A program made the position numbers and the translations under genes. The notes beneath the pieces were generated by a model. That model made no database searches and was not told the origin of the DNA. It saw only the letters and a list, made by a program, of their open reading frames with translations. DNA of 64,000 nucleotides, taken from Callorhinchus milii (Eukaryota). Positions 25,988 to 38,400 of this stretch are shown piece after piece. Within the stretch, counting starts at the first letter, position 1. Each line of letters starts with the position of its first letter. The DNA lies in the NCBI RefSeq assembly GCF_018977255.1, contig NW_024704742.1, forward strand, positions 37,512,001 through 37,576,000, read 5' to 3'.

Positions 25988-26307
25988 ATAATAATAATCA
26001 TCCTTGCATTTGATATAGCGCTTTTCACGTCGGGAGGACGTCCCAAAGCGCTTCACAGAACACACTGTAAAGTGAATTGACTGTATATTTGTGGGCGAAC
26101 GCGGCAGCCAATTGCGCACAGCAATGTCCCACAAACAGTCGTAGATTGAAAATGACCAATTTATTATTGTTTTTGGTTTTGGAGGGATTATTATTTGGCT
26201 CTGTGTGGAGTGAGGAAACTTGCCCAAGGTTTCGCCCTCTGCCTGGAATTGAACTCAGGTCTCTCGCTTGCAAAGCGAGTGCTCTAACCAGTGAGCTACA
26301 GGACTCC
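25988..26307 (-). mobile_element. Full-length young tRNA-derived SINE (short subfamily)
   Basis: Reverse complement differs from 51862-52188 at only about 10 positions by eye. Confidence 0.9.
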
Positions 26308-26359
26308 AATATCCCTGTCAAGGATAGACAGAGAGTGAGTGCTGTTCACCCATGTGTAT

Positions 26360-26660
26360 TAGAGGAACCGGGAGGCGTCGGAATTGGAGTAGAGGAGCCG
26401 GGCTGGGGAGAGAGGCCGGGGCTAATTCGAGGCAGCGGGAGGTAACCAGGAGAGGGGACGGGGCAAAGCAGGTTAGTGCGGGAGCGAGGTCGGTGGGAGC
26501 CGGCAGGTACTGGCAGCCAGGACCGAGGCCCTGGGGATCAAGACTAGTCACCTGTACCGGCTGGTGACTGGAGTTTGGCACAAGATATTCTTTTTTAAAA
26601 AATCCCGCGCCTGAACCAACTGCCGAGACTGTCCGCGCGAGTCACTTCAGTCCGCGTGTT
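26360..26660 (-). promoter_or_regulatory. CpG island; probable proximal KLHL8 promoter and non-coding first exon (donor CAG|GTGACT, exon ends at 26552)
   Basis: Locally GC/CpG-rich unique sequence about 2 kb upstream of the first coding exon, with a consensus-like minus-strand donor. Confidence 0.65.
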
Positions 26661-26776
26661 TTGAATCACTGGAACCAGGTAGTGTAGTGTTATTGTAACC
26701 TCCTTCCCTTCTTCTCTCTTTTCCCTGTAAGCTTCTCTGTGTTATTTTCCAGGTTGGGCAACCTGGTAAATAAAAA

Positions 26777-27063
26777 TAATAATAATAATCCTTGCATTTA
26801 ATACAGAGCCTTATCACATTTTCGAGACGTCTCAAAGCGTTTCACAGAATATATTGTAAAGTCAATTGACTGTAGATTTTGTGGGCGAAACACAGCAGCC
26901 AATTGCGCACAGTAGTGTCCCACAAACAGTCGTGGATTGAAGGGAGCGATCGCTTTTTGAAGGAATTATTACCCCCAGAAAAGCAATCCACCGATTGATT
27001 AACTACTGGGTTCCTACTTACTGCAAGGTAAACAGAGGCGTGTTGAGTAAGGAAACTTGCCCA
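26777..27063 (-). mobile_element. 5'-truncated long-subfamily SINE abutting an L2 fragment
   Basis: SINE body and tail on the minus strand; the head is missing where the L2 begins. Confidence 0.8.
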
Positions 27064-27064
27064 A

Positions 27065-27482
27065 CATTTCACCCTGCCACACTCGGCCGGCTCCACAAGC
27101 TCCCCGTCACTCAGAGAACAGAGTTCAAAATCCTCGTCCTTGCCTTCAAGGCTCTCCACAGCCTTGACCCTTCCTACCTCTGTGACCTACTAACCCCTTA
27201 ACAACCTGTCCCTCCCTCCGCTCAGCAGGCTCCGGCCTGCCCCATGTCACCCGCACGGCCCACCCCACCATTGGCAGTTGGGGCTTCAGCCTCTCCGCCC
27301 CCACTCTTTGGAATTCCATCCCACATTCCCTTCGCCCCCTTCCCTCCTTCAAGGCACATCTTAAGACCCTCCTTTTCGACCGTGCCTTTGGCCACCCTCC
27401 TATCCTCCCTTACCCCAGCGCCATGGGACGTCTTCTCGAAGTGAAAGGCACTATACAAATGTAATTTTGTGTATTGTATTGT
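27065..27482 (+). mobile_element. L2 LINE 3' fragment
   Basis: [33 protein letters not shown] resembles the L2 ORF2 C-terminus; L2-type tail. Confidence 0.85.
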
Positions 27483-27524
27483 ATTTTCACAGACTTTCAT
27501 TTGATACTGATCAACAGTATTCAA

Positions 27525-27880
27525 GGAGTCCTGTAGCTCAGTGGATAGAGCGCTCGCCTTGCAAGCGAGAGACCTGGTTTCGATTTCCAGCAGGGCGACA
27601 CGTTGAGCAAGTTTCCTTATTCCACACACATCTGTTTACCGAACAGTAAGTAGGAACCCAGTTGTAAGTTGATCAGCGGATCGCTTTTCCAGGGGTAATC
27701 ATTCCTTCAAAATAATAATAAATTGGTCTCTTCAATTCACAACTGTTTGTGGGACACTGCTGAGCTCAATTGGCCCCTGTGTTTCGCCCACAAAATATAC
27801 AGTCAATTCACTTTGCAGTTTATTCTGTGAAGCGCTTTGAGATGTGATAAGGCGCTATATCAAATGCAAGGATTGTTATA
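27525..27880 (+). mobile_element. Full-length tRNA-derived SINE, long subfamily
   Basis: GGAGTCCTGTAGCTCAGTGG head through the GGCGCTATATCAAATGCAAGG tail. Confidence 0.85.
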
Positions 27881-29371
27881 GCAATTAGAGAAGCCTGGTA
27901 TTTCCTAACCCAGGAACACCAAGGCCAATGGTAGCTCTCCAACCACTATCAAAACTGAGAATTTTTCAGAGTTACAACCTTTGATCTGCATGACTGACTG
28001 TATCAGCTCGTTCTTTACCCACTTACCCATCAGGTAAGTTATGGCTTTCACTTACAAACATATGCACTATCGGAGTATACCCATCGCTACTTGTACCAAC
28101 CAACCAAGTACCAACCAACCAAGCTAAGGCAGTTATACAAGACTTGGGTTTTGCACAAGAATGGAGGAAAATAGTTCTTTGAATAAACATTAACTAAATG
28201 ATTCCTCAAATGGGAGTCACGTTCAAAAGATTTGGCTGATTTCAGAGAAATGGACCTAGGCCAAATTCAGCTGAAGTAAGACTGATCCAAGCAGGAGAAA
28301 AAGAACTGAGTAACTCCGATCCAGATGGTGTTTCTTACACTCAGTTCACTCTGTTTGCTTAAAATATCTATGAACGTGTTTCACACTGGTCTCTTTATTG
28401 CTGCTCAAGGGAAGGAAAAGAGTTGGCTCTGTGCAAAACAGCAGCTGAATTTGCATATAAAGCAGAAAAGGCAGACCGCGTTCCCGGTAGCCACAACACC
28501 AAGTCAACTGTATCGGCTGCTGCCTGTATATCACTTGGCATCCCAACAACTGTCTGGCCACACCTAAATGAACACTGTTGTCACACACACACACTTACAT
28601 CCAATAGGAGTTAGTAGATTATTGAGCAGAAACTCTGGTTGATTTCCTTCCCTCCAGAGCACTCAAGCCTTCGTTGGGACCCCAATGAGATCAGCTAATT
28701 GTCCTTTGGGTAAATAGACCAAATAGGGGATCCAATATGCAGCAATCCTGGGCTCTGAATACCTCAAATGATGAGAGGAATGTCTTGCGACTATAAATCT
28801 GTAAAAACAGTTTGGCCTTCACTGAATAATTTGTGGGCGCAGGCTCACAGCACAAAGCTGTCTGACTTCACTCGCGCAGGATAGTGGTGCCTGACCAAAG
28901 CTGGGCCACCTGTCCCAGGCCAGAGGCAGGGGAGCTGGAAAGGCCTGCCCATCAATGCTATTTTCCTATACCTTGGGAAAGAACCTAAATCCGTTGTGAC
29001 CAAACCAGTCCCGTGTCAGTTACAAGAGTGTTTGGGGAAAGATCACAGAAATAGGATTGGAGTGGATACCTCTGGTTGGGCTCTAGCGCAGCACAGGCTT
29101 GATGGCCGAATGGACTCCTCTGAATGTTGAAATTGCTATGATTTTTTTTTAACAAGTTGCCAGAGCATAGGAACAGGAGGAGGTCATTCAACCCCTCGAG
29201 CCTGTTCCGCCATTCTTTTAAATCATGGCTGATCTATACCTCAACTCCAATTACTCGTCTGTACCCCATATCCCTTGATACCCTGACCTAACAAATACCT
29301 ATCCAATTCAGTCTTTGAATTTAAATTAACCTAGCATCCATAGCCTTTTGAGGGTGAGAATTCCAGATTTC

Positions 29372-30125
29372 CAACAATAACAAAATTATATTTGAATAGC
29401 ACCTTTCACGTCGGGAGGACGTCCCAAGGCCAGGACACTCGAATCCGAGCTGGGGGTCGGGATCGGGGAGGGTGGAAAGCAGAGGGGGAAAGAAGGTGAC
29501 CAAAGGCATGGTCGAAGAGGAGGGTTTTGAGACAGATCTTGAGGGAGGCAAGGGAGAGGGCAAGGCGGGACCGCGGGATGGAGTTCCAGAGGGTAGGACA
29601 GAGTGGCAGAAAGTTCACCCACCAATGGTGAAGCAAACCGGAGCCCGCTGAGCGGAGGGAGCAGGCAGGTTGGTAGGGGGTTAGAAGACGCAGAGGTAGG
29701 CAGAAGCAAGACCATGAAGGGCTTTGAAGGTGAGAACCAGGATTTTGAACTGTGAGGCAATGGCAGAGTCGGTCAGTGTTGTGGAGGTGGGGCAAGGCAT
29801 AGAGGGTCATGGCATGGATATGGGGGTAAAAGGACAGTTGAGGGTCAAACAAGACGCCCAGGTTCCTGTCCGGCTTGGTGAGGTGGAGTGTGCAACTGCG
29901 GATGCTGATGCTGCCAGTGCCTGAGGTGCGGAGACACTGGCGCGAACCAATCGGGAGGGCCTCGGTCTTGCTGACATTCAGTTGTCCTGGAGTTGAGGGT
30001 GGAGGGCAGAGAGATAGAGTTGGGTGTCATCCGCATACATGTGGAAGTTGACCTCATGTCTGTGGATGATGTCACCAAGAGGGAGCATGTAGAGGCCAAA
30101 CAGGAGGCGACCGAGGACAGAGCCA
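29372..30125 (-). mobile_element. L2 LINE 3' fragment nested in a CR1 3' fragment (CR1 pieces about 29160-29370 and 30140-30465)
   Basis: L2 peptides (TLWNSIPRS...LKTLLFD) and a YADD-like motif; flanked on both sides by CR1-like sequence. Confidence 0.75.
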
Positions 30126-31519
30126 CGTTGGTGCAGAGTTCCAGATGATCTACCTTTTGTGTGAAAAAGTGCTTCTTCATTTCATTCCTAAGTGGCCTGG
30201 CTCTAATTTTAAGCACTCAAAGCACCCCACTGGACTATACCCCCACCAGTAGGGTGCTTTGAGACGTCTCGAAGACATGATAAAGCTCTGTGTCAAGTAC
30301 AAGGATTATTATTATTATTATAGAGGAAATAGTTTCTTTGCAGATACCCCACCAAATCTCTTTATCAGCTCAATCAGATCACCCCTCAACCTGCTAAACT
30401 CAAGGGAATACAGACCAGGTTTATACAACCTGTCCTCATAATTTAACCTTTTAAGCCCTGGTATTAAGTCTGGGAGAACTGAACAGAGATCAAGTAGTCA
30501 CAAAATATGAAAGATGCTCATCAGCATTATTGTACAGAAATGTACGAGTCAGGAGTCATTAGAGTATGGAACACAAATCATGACAGAAATTGAAATGAAT
30601 TAGAGGAAGATGGAATGTATTCTGGCTAGAATCGTTGTTTTAATTGTTTTAAATAACTTGTTGCTTTCATAATGCTCAAGTGCAAAGCATACTGCATTTC
30701 AGATTTACTATTTGAAAAAAACATAGTTTCATTTCCTCATGCTATTTGGGGAAATAATTTGAGCGTAACTGAAATGCGTACGGACACAAGTGTTTTTGTC
30801 AGTGACAAAGTTTTAGGTCAACTAGAAAATAAGAAGGTTTTTAAAAAGTTTCAAAGTCAAGTCTCTCAGCCAGGAACATTCCCCAGGGATAAACTTCTTA
30901 GAAAATATAGATCAATGGCATGATGACATCATCGGACCTGCTCAGTTATAAACATGGAAAATATTGCTTGAATGACTATTAATAATGTCAGCAAAGTCTG
31001 TTGAAAGGACACAATTTTGTTGAAAAAAGATTGCTTGGAAAATGCTATTCAAGGCTTTCCAGAGAGTGTTTTCACATTTTCCATAACAAACAAACAAGTG
31101 ACATTTCAGTAGATAAGTAACTATGTAACCGTACACAGCATTGTCACACACAGGAAAATACAGTATAGTAGTAAGAACACAGGGAAAGAACAAACCAGAT
31201 ACAAAATAAAACCAGTCTGTATGGGGGAAGAAAATGTATGAATTGAAGTGGGGGGGTGATCATTCTGATGGAAATTGGGAAGGGGGGAATTTGGTCATAA
31301 GGGAAACAGTTTTACTACCTACTTAGCTAGTCTAAAGGTAGATGAGCAGAGAAACAGCAGAGGGCTGAAAATAGCCAAACAGGTCTCTAATTATTTTTGC
31401 CAAGAGGCACACTGACCTTGATACACCAGGCTTAGCAATTGTATTGTGTCACGAGTAGAAGCAAACTGACATCCATCTATTTTTTCCAAGAAAAGAAAAT
31501 CTAGTTATAAATTGCCAAT

Positions 31520-31827
31520 CCTGGCAGGGCGAAATGTTGGGCAAGCTTCCTTACTCCACACGCCTGTTTTCCTAGCAGTATGTAGGAACCTGGTTGCTAG
31601 TCGATTGGCGGATCGCTTTTCCGGGGGTAATAATTCCTTAAAAAAAATTGGTCACTTCAATCCTTGACTGTTTGTGGGAAACTGCTGTGCGCAATTGTCT
31701 GCCATGTTTCACCCACAACATATGCAGACGCTTCACTTTACAGTATATTCCGTGAAGCGTTTTGACACATCTCAAAGACGTGATAAGGCACTATATCAAA
31801 TGCAAGGATTATTATGATTATTATTAT
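31520..31827 (+). mobile_element. 5'-truncated long-subfamily SINE
   Basis: Shared body and tail sequence. Confidence 0.8.
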
Positions 31828-32002
31828 GCCCAAATCCCAAACCTCTCATTCTTTACAGGATCTTTAACAAGAACGGTCAGCAAATGGCCTATTGGGATGT
31901 CCTCCTGACGTGAACGGCGCTGTACAAACGTAATGTGCTGTTGTTGGAACGTAAATTTCAGGGACTGGGAGAGAAAGTAGTAATGGGGATGGGAGGCGGC
32001 GT

Positions 32003-32027
32003 GGGGGGGGGGGGGGGGGGGGGGGGG
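32003..32027 (+). repeat. Run of 25 G
   Basis: Counted directly. Confidence 0.95.
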
Positions 32028-32745
32028 CATTGGGGTGGAAGGTAGGGAAGCCTTAAATGAAACAAATTCAATATTTTACCCATTGAGGTTATTGCTCCCT
32101 ATAAACGCGTGTGGGGTCGTGGCGGTGGTGGGGGGCAGAGAAACTATCATCGTTCAAAACAAAAATGATCAGAAGGCTTCGCTTTATAACGTTCCAGATT
32201 TCATAACATCACACTTGCCATGATCCGGATTGGCACAATTTCCTGCGACATGTGCCTGACATTGCCTTGCCCGGTTGGTGCGAGGCACAAACAAAGCCGC
32301 AAAGAACACAATCCCAACAATTCTCAAAGTCATCGGAAAAAGGGAATATCAGACCTTCAGACCCAACAGACCCTCAAACTCCCGTTAAAGCCATCAGCGG
32401 ATGGAGGGAAAGAAAACAGTTACAACCATCACAAAACACAGCAGGTTTGACACCGAAAACAGACCGTACACACATTCACTTCTACCTTCTTTCTTCCTCT
32501 TTTTTTTCTCAAAAAGAAAACAAAGACAAACAATCCACCTGGAAACTGAAATCCGGTACAACGTCTCTCCGCGGAGCTCACTCTTTTGGGAAATGCAGCT
32601 CTAAGTATTGCAGAGCTGTGACCCAGAGTGTAAAACGTTGTAACCAGTAAGTATGAACGACCATTTAGGACTGACCGCAGGAGGAGAGGGAAGGACCAGA
32701 GCAAAAAGCATGACATTCACAACAAGTCCTGCTTTGCTTTTTTTT

Positions 32746-33273
32746 CTCTCTCTCTCTCCCTCTCCTCTCCCTCTCTCTCTCTCCTCTCCCTCTCTCTCTC
32801 TCCTCTCTCTCTCTCCCTCTCCTCTCTCTCTCCCTCTCCCTCTCTCCCTCTCTCCCTCCTCTCCCTCTCCTCTCTCCCTCTCCCTCCTCTCCCTCTCTCT
32901 CCCTCTCCTCTCCCTCTCTCTTCTCTCTCCTCTCTCTCTCCCTCTCCTCTCCCCTCTCTCTCTCTCCTCTCCTCTCCCTCTCTCTTCTCTCTCCTCTCCC
33001 TCTCTCTCTCTCTCCTCTCCCTCTCTCTTCTCTCTCCTCTCTCTTCTCTCTCCTCTCCCTCTCTCTCTCTCTCTCCCTCTCCTCTCCCTCTCTCTCTCTC
33101 TCTCTCTCCTCTCCTCTCTCTCCTCTCCCTCTCTCTTCTCTCTCCTCTCTCCTCTCCCTCTCTTCTCTCTCCTCTCCCCTCCCTCACCCTCTCTCTCTCT
33201 CCTCTCCCCTCTCTCTCTCCTCTCCCTCTCCCTCTCTCCCTCTCCTCTCCCTCTCTCCTCTCTCTCTCTCTCT
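32746..33273 (+). repeat. About 530-bp CT-rich polypyrimidine tract
   Basis: Nearly pure C/T on the plus strand. Confidence 0.97.
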
Positions 33274-33616
33274 GTTTTTCTTTAATCTCTTTTTTTTTCA
33301 AAAAAAAAGACAAGTAACTTTAACTGGTGTTTTGGAGTGAAGTCCTGGCAAAGCAATGCTGAGTGAGTGAGTGAGTGAGTGAGTGACTTACCCTCTGCTG
33401 ACCAGTGTGTGTAAGCCATGGCAGTGCAGACTGAGTGTGTGGCTCTCTCTCTCCCTCTCTGTCTCTCTCACTGAGTGACTGAGTGACGGGCAGCACAGAC
33501 CCGCCCCCCCCCCCCACACACACACACACAGTCACTCACAGAGCACTTCCGGGTTGTCAGAGCCTCCGCCGGGCATCGCTTCAGCTCCTGCCCCACCTCC
33601 CGAGGATCCTGTCCCG

Positions 33617-34322
33617 CACTGTGCTGCACTGTACTGCCCTACCCTACCCTGCACTACACTGCCCTGCACTACACTGCACTACACTGCACTACACCGCCCT
33701 ACACTGTACTGCCCTGCACTACACTGCCCTACACTGTACTGCCCTGCACTACACTGCACTGCCCTACACTACACTGCACTGCCCTGCACTACACTGCACT
33801 GTACTGCCCTACACTACACTGCACTGCCCTACACTACACTGCACTGTACTGCCCTGCACTACACTGTACTGCCCTGCACTACACTGTACTGCTCTGCACT
33901 ACACTGCACTGCCCTACACTACACTGCACTGTACTGCCCTGCACTACACTACACTGCACTGTACTGCCCTGCACTGCACTGCCCTGCACTACCCTGCACT
34001 GCACTGCCCTGCTCTACCCTACACTGCACTGTACTGCCCTGCACTACACTGCACTGCACTACACTGTACTACCCTACCCTGCACTACACTGCACTGCACT
34101 ACACTGTACTACCCTACCCTGCACTACACTGCACTGTACTGCCCTGTACTACATTGCACTACACTGCACTGTACTGCCCTGCACTACCCAACACTGCCCT
34201 GCACTGCCCTGCACTATACTACCGTAGCACTTCACTGCCCTGCACTACCCTGGGTTGCACTGCCCTACACTGCCCTGCCCTGCACTGCCTGGCTTACACT
34301 GCCCTGCACTACACTGCCCTGT
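33617..34322 (+). repeat. Pentamer microsatellite mosaic (CACTG/CACTA/CCCTG/TACTG)
   Basis: Read directly from the sequence. Confidence 0.97.
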
Positions 34323-34329
34323 GCTCAGC

Positions 34330-34802
34330 ACTCACTCACTCACTCACTCACTGTCACTCATGCTATCACTCACTCTCACTCACTCTGTCACTCACTCTGT
34401 CACTCATGCTATCACTCTCACTCACTCTGTCACTCACTCTGTCACTCATGCTATCACTCTCACTCACTCTGTCACTCATGCTATCACTCACTCTCACTCT
34501 CATTCTCTCGCTGTCATTCTCTCACTGTCACTCACTCCGTCGCTCCCTCCGTCCGTCCCTCACTCCCTTCTTCACTCTCACTCCATCACTCACTGTCACA
34601 CACACTGTCACTCTCACTCACTGTCACTCACTCTGTCACACCCACTCACTCTCACTCACTCTGAACTCAGTCACTCATTCACTCTTGTCATTCTTTCTTT
34701 CACTGTCATTCTCTCACTGACACTCACTCACTGTCACGCACTCCATCTCACTCTGTCACACACTCATTCTGTCACTCATTCACTCTCTCACTGTCACTCA
34801 CT
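34330..34802 (+). repeat. CACT/CACTCT/CACTGT low-complexity repeat
   Basis: Read directly from the sequence. Confidence 0.95.
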
Positions 34803-35469
34803 CCAAAACATTGCCAGACTCCACCACTGGCTCACCCCTCAGGCTGCTGAAACCCTCACCCACGCATTCGTCACCTCAAGGCTCGATTACGGGAATTCCC
34901 TCCTCATCGGCCTTCCCAACTCTTCCCTTCACAAGCTGCAGATCATCCAAAACTCTGCAGTTCGTGTACTCTCACGCACCAGGCTCCGTGTCCCCATCAC
35001 TCCCACCCTCGCCCGACTCCACTGGCTCTCCATCCCCCAGAGGATTGAGTTCAAGATCCTCGTCATCACCTTTAAGGCCGTCCATAGCCTTGCCCCCTCC
35101 TACCTCTCTGACCTGCTGACTCCCTACCAACCTGCCCACTCCCTCCGGTCATCAGGCTCTGGTTTGCTCCATGTCTCCTGCCCAACCCGCCCTACCATCG
35201 GTGTCCGGGCTTTCAGCCTCTCTGCCCCCACACTCTGGAACTCCATCCCACGGTCCCTTCGCCTCACTTCCTCCCTTGCCTCCTTCAAGGCCGGTCTCAA
35301 GACCCTTCTCTTCGACCGTACCTTTGGTTTCCCTCCCAACTCTCTGCCTTCCCTCATCCCTACACCACCCCTCCCCATGCTCGGGCCCCGACATCTGACT
35401 ATTCAGCGCTTTTGGATGTCCTCCTGACGTGAAAGGCGCTCTATAAATGTAATTTTGTTGTTGTTGTTG
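34802..35469 (+). mobile_element. Young L2 LINE 3' fragment with an open ORF2 C-terminus
   Basis: IARLHHWLTPQAAETLTHAFVTSRLDYGNSLLIGLP...LHWL...LKTLLFD without stops; (TTG)n tail. Confidence 0.9.
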
Positions 35470-38400
35470 TCACTCATTCTGTCACTCACTCACTGTCACT
35501 CTGTAAGTAAGTTTTCTTACTCCACACGCCTAATAATAATCCCTCAAATAAAACAATAAATTGGTCATTTTCAATCCACGACTGTTTGTGGGACACTGCT
35601 GTGCGCAATTGGCTGCCGTGTTTTGCCCACAAATATACGGTCAATTCACTTTACAACATATTCTGTGAAGCGTTTTAAGACGTCTAGAAGACATGAAAAG
35701 TGCTATATCAAATGCAAGGATTATTATTATTACACTTAGACCGTCCCTCCAGCTGCACCAATATTTCCAAATTGGGAATAATCTTAAGCCTCCCCTCCCT
35801 TTACCCCACACAGAGTAGTTTGCACATTAATGCATTTTGCCCACAAAACACAGATTCAATTCACTTTACAGTGTATCCTGTGAAGCATTTTGAGACGTCT
35901 TGAAGACATGATAAGATGCTATATCAAATGCAAGGTTTATTTTTATTATTATTAAAATACACAGGCAATCCACGTTACAGTATATCCTGTGAAACGCTTT
36001 GATAAATCTCAGTGAGGATTATTACATATTAACAAGGACCAAAGTTCCACCTGATCTTTAGATCATGTTTTGTCTCAAAATTTGAAAGTCCTGCAGAACT
36101 GCGGGCAAAATTGCCAATTCAGTCTTAATTTGGAAGCTGGTTCATTTCAACAACTGGGGAAAAACAACTTCAAAATTAAGATTGCCAATTGGGCATGTTC
36201 TTGTTATACTGTTCATGAAAAAATTGCTTTGGGCGGGTGCCTAATTTTTCATTTTGTTTTTATTGAACCTGCACTGCCCTGCCCCCTTCCTCCTTGAAGA
36301 CCTTTTCTTACAGTTTCAAAAACACTGGCTACTCTGCTACCCATAGGAGGCCATGCATAGTATTGGGCTACTTAGGGGCTAGTATTTGCTTGACTTTAGG
36401 CTACAAATGTATTTTCATTTCTGGCCACCTTGGCTGGCACTCTGGTCCTCAATCAGTCAGTCTCTCACTTGATCTGTGACCCCTCTCATTTCTGCTCTGT
36501 CAGGAGCTTTCTCTGTTTTTCTTTGATTTACCCCACTTCCCCTTCCCACACACAGGATGTAAATTTGCACATGGTCTTTAGATCATTTTTATCTCAAAAT
36601 GTTGAAGTCTGCGGAATTGCGGGTAAAATTTTCAATTCAGTCTTGGAAACCGGTTCATTTAAAGAACTGGAGAAAACCGACTTCAAAATTAGACTTGTAA
36701 ATTAAGAAGTATCAGCAGTTCTGCGCAATCTTAAATTTTAAGGCAAAATAGTCTTATGGCTAAAACTGGGTGAACCAGTTTTTCTGACCTCAGAATTCCC
36801 TAGCTTTCTGTTCACTTTTAATGGAATGCAAGTTGTTATTGTTGTAGCTGCAGAAAACTTTGAAATAAAAGTAAGAGCTGTAAGGTCCCTGAATCATTTG
36901 AACATAACACTATTGACAAGAAATAAAGTAGAAACTCAACTGCCACACATCTGAATTCATAAATCATGCCAACCTACAAGTATATACTTTATCGGAACAA
37001 TGATAAATTGCTCTTATATAACACTTCCACATAGAAAAGAAATTCTCAAAGACATAGCGGGAGCCTTAGATGCGTAGGAGGTAAGGAGGAGGTGGCTGAA
37101 AACGTGGTCAAAAAGATAGGTTTTTAGACGGGTTTTGAAAGCAGAGTGAGCGAGCGAGGCACAGGGATTTTGAAAGAGAGTTCCAGAGACGAAGGCTAAA
37201 TGCTGAAAACTTGCAATGGTTTAGGGACACGGAGAGACATGACACAGGCCAGAGTGGACAAAGCACAGGAAGTGGGCAGGAGAGTACATCCGCAGGAAAT
37301 CATAAATGATCAAACGGTTAATTCACACATCTTAGATTATTAAAAGAAAAAAAATTAAAATTATGAAAAGAACAATAGGAAAAATATTTTTACACAGAGG
37401 GATGTTTGGGCATCGAAGACCTATCTGGAAGAATGATTCAGGCAGAATCCACATTCGTTTTTAAGAGAGAATTAGATATAAATACCTGTATTTGAAGAGA
37501 AATGTGAAATGATATGAGGAGAAGGCAGGAGAACGGGACTTAAACAGACAGCTCTTCAGAGAGAGAGAGAGCACAGGCATAATGAGCTGAATAGCCTCTT
37601 TCTGTGCTGTAAATTTCTATGCTTCTAAGCGCGCAAAAGTCCAGACGTTCACGGGAAGACTGGTTCTTTAAATTCTGTCAGCATATGTGTCTTGGCAGAA
37701 GGGGAAGTGGGTTTGGTCTCTCTTTCTCACCTTCATGCTGCTTTAAACCCAGATTGCTTGGTAAGGTTTGAGGTGGAGGGGTGGGGGGCAGGGGCAGAGT
37801 AGAAGGAAAAAGGGAAAGTCAGATAATCACCACTAGCCCCCTTACAGACCTTTGAAGCTCTGTATGTTGCTGCTCGGCTGCTCGGCTAAAAGGCAAGCAA
37901 GTGCCAGCAGATGTTACAAAGGCACTGTGATTTTTCAAAATATAGTCACAATAATGTCACTGCACTCAGGCACACAAGCAAGTATTGAGCTTGTGTTGAA
38001 GGTCTAGAGGATGTTGATTTCTTACCTGTGTCCACCTCCAACACACAAACACAAGGCACACACACCATGTATACTGTTCAATATTGTTAATATTAATTTC
38101 ATATTCACAATTAATTTATTCCCAAGTATTATCACTCACCTTTGTTTTAGCCAACCAGATAGTCTTATACACATGGAAACCCATTATCAAACTTAAGAGT
38201 ATCCAAATCAACATGAGAGTTTCACATATGCGTGGAAGTTTCCTTATGTCTGAAATGAAGTCCACGCTCTCATCCTGGAGGGACACATACCCTTCTTACC
38301 TAATCCTGGAAAGTATTTGGAGCAGCCAAGGCTTGAGGACCCCAAACAATACTTTGGGGGCCCTCTGGAATTTAACCAACTCAAGCTGATCAGCTGGTCA

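Noticed and set aside
28093..28123. Short perfect tandem duplications (also near 10361, 14111, 18762, 46451 and 48621)
   Set aside because: Ordinary slippage or repair duplications with no shared motif
32653..35427. ORFs of 198-393 aa (LSLS, EREGR and CTALH repeats)
   Set aside because: Microsatellite translations; the only protein-like part is the L2 ORF2 fragment at 34802-35330
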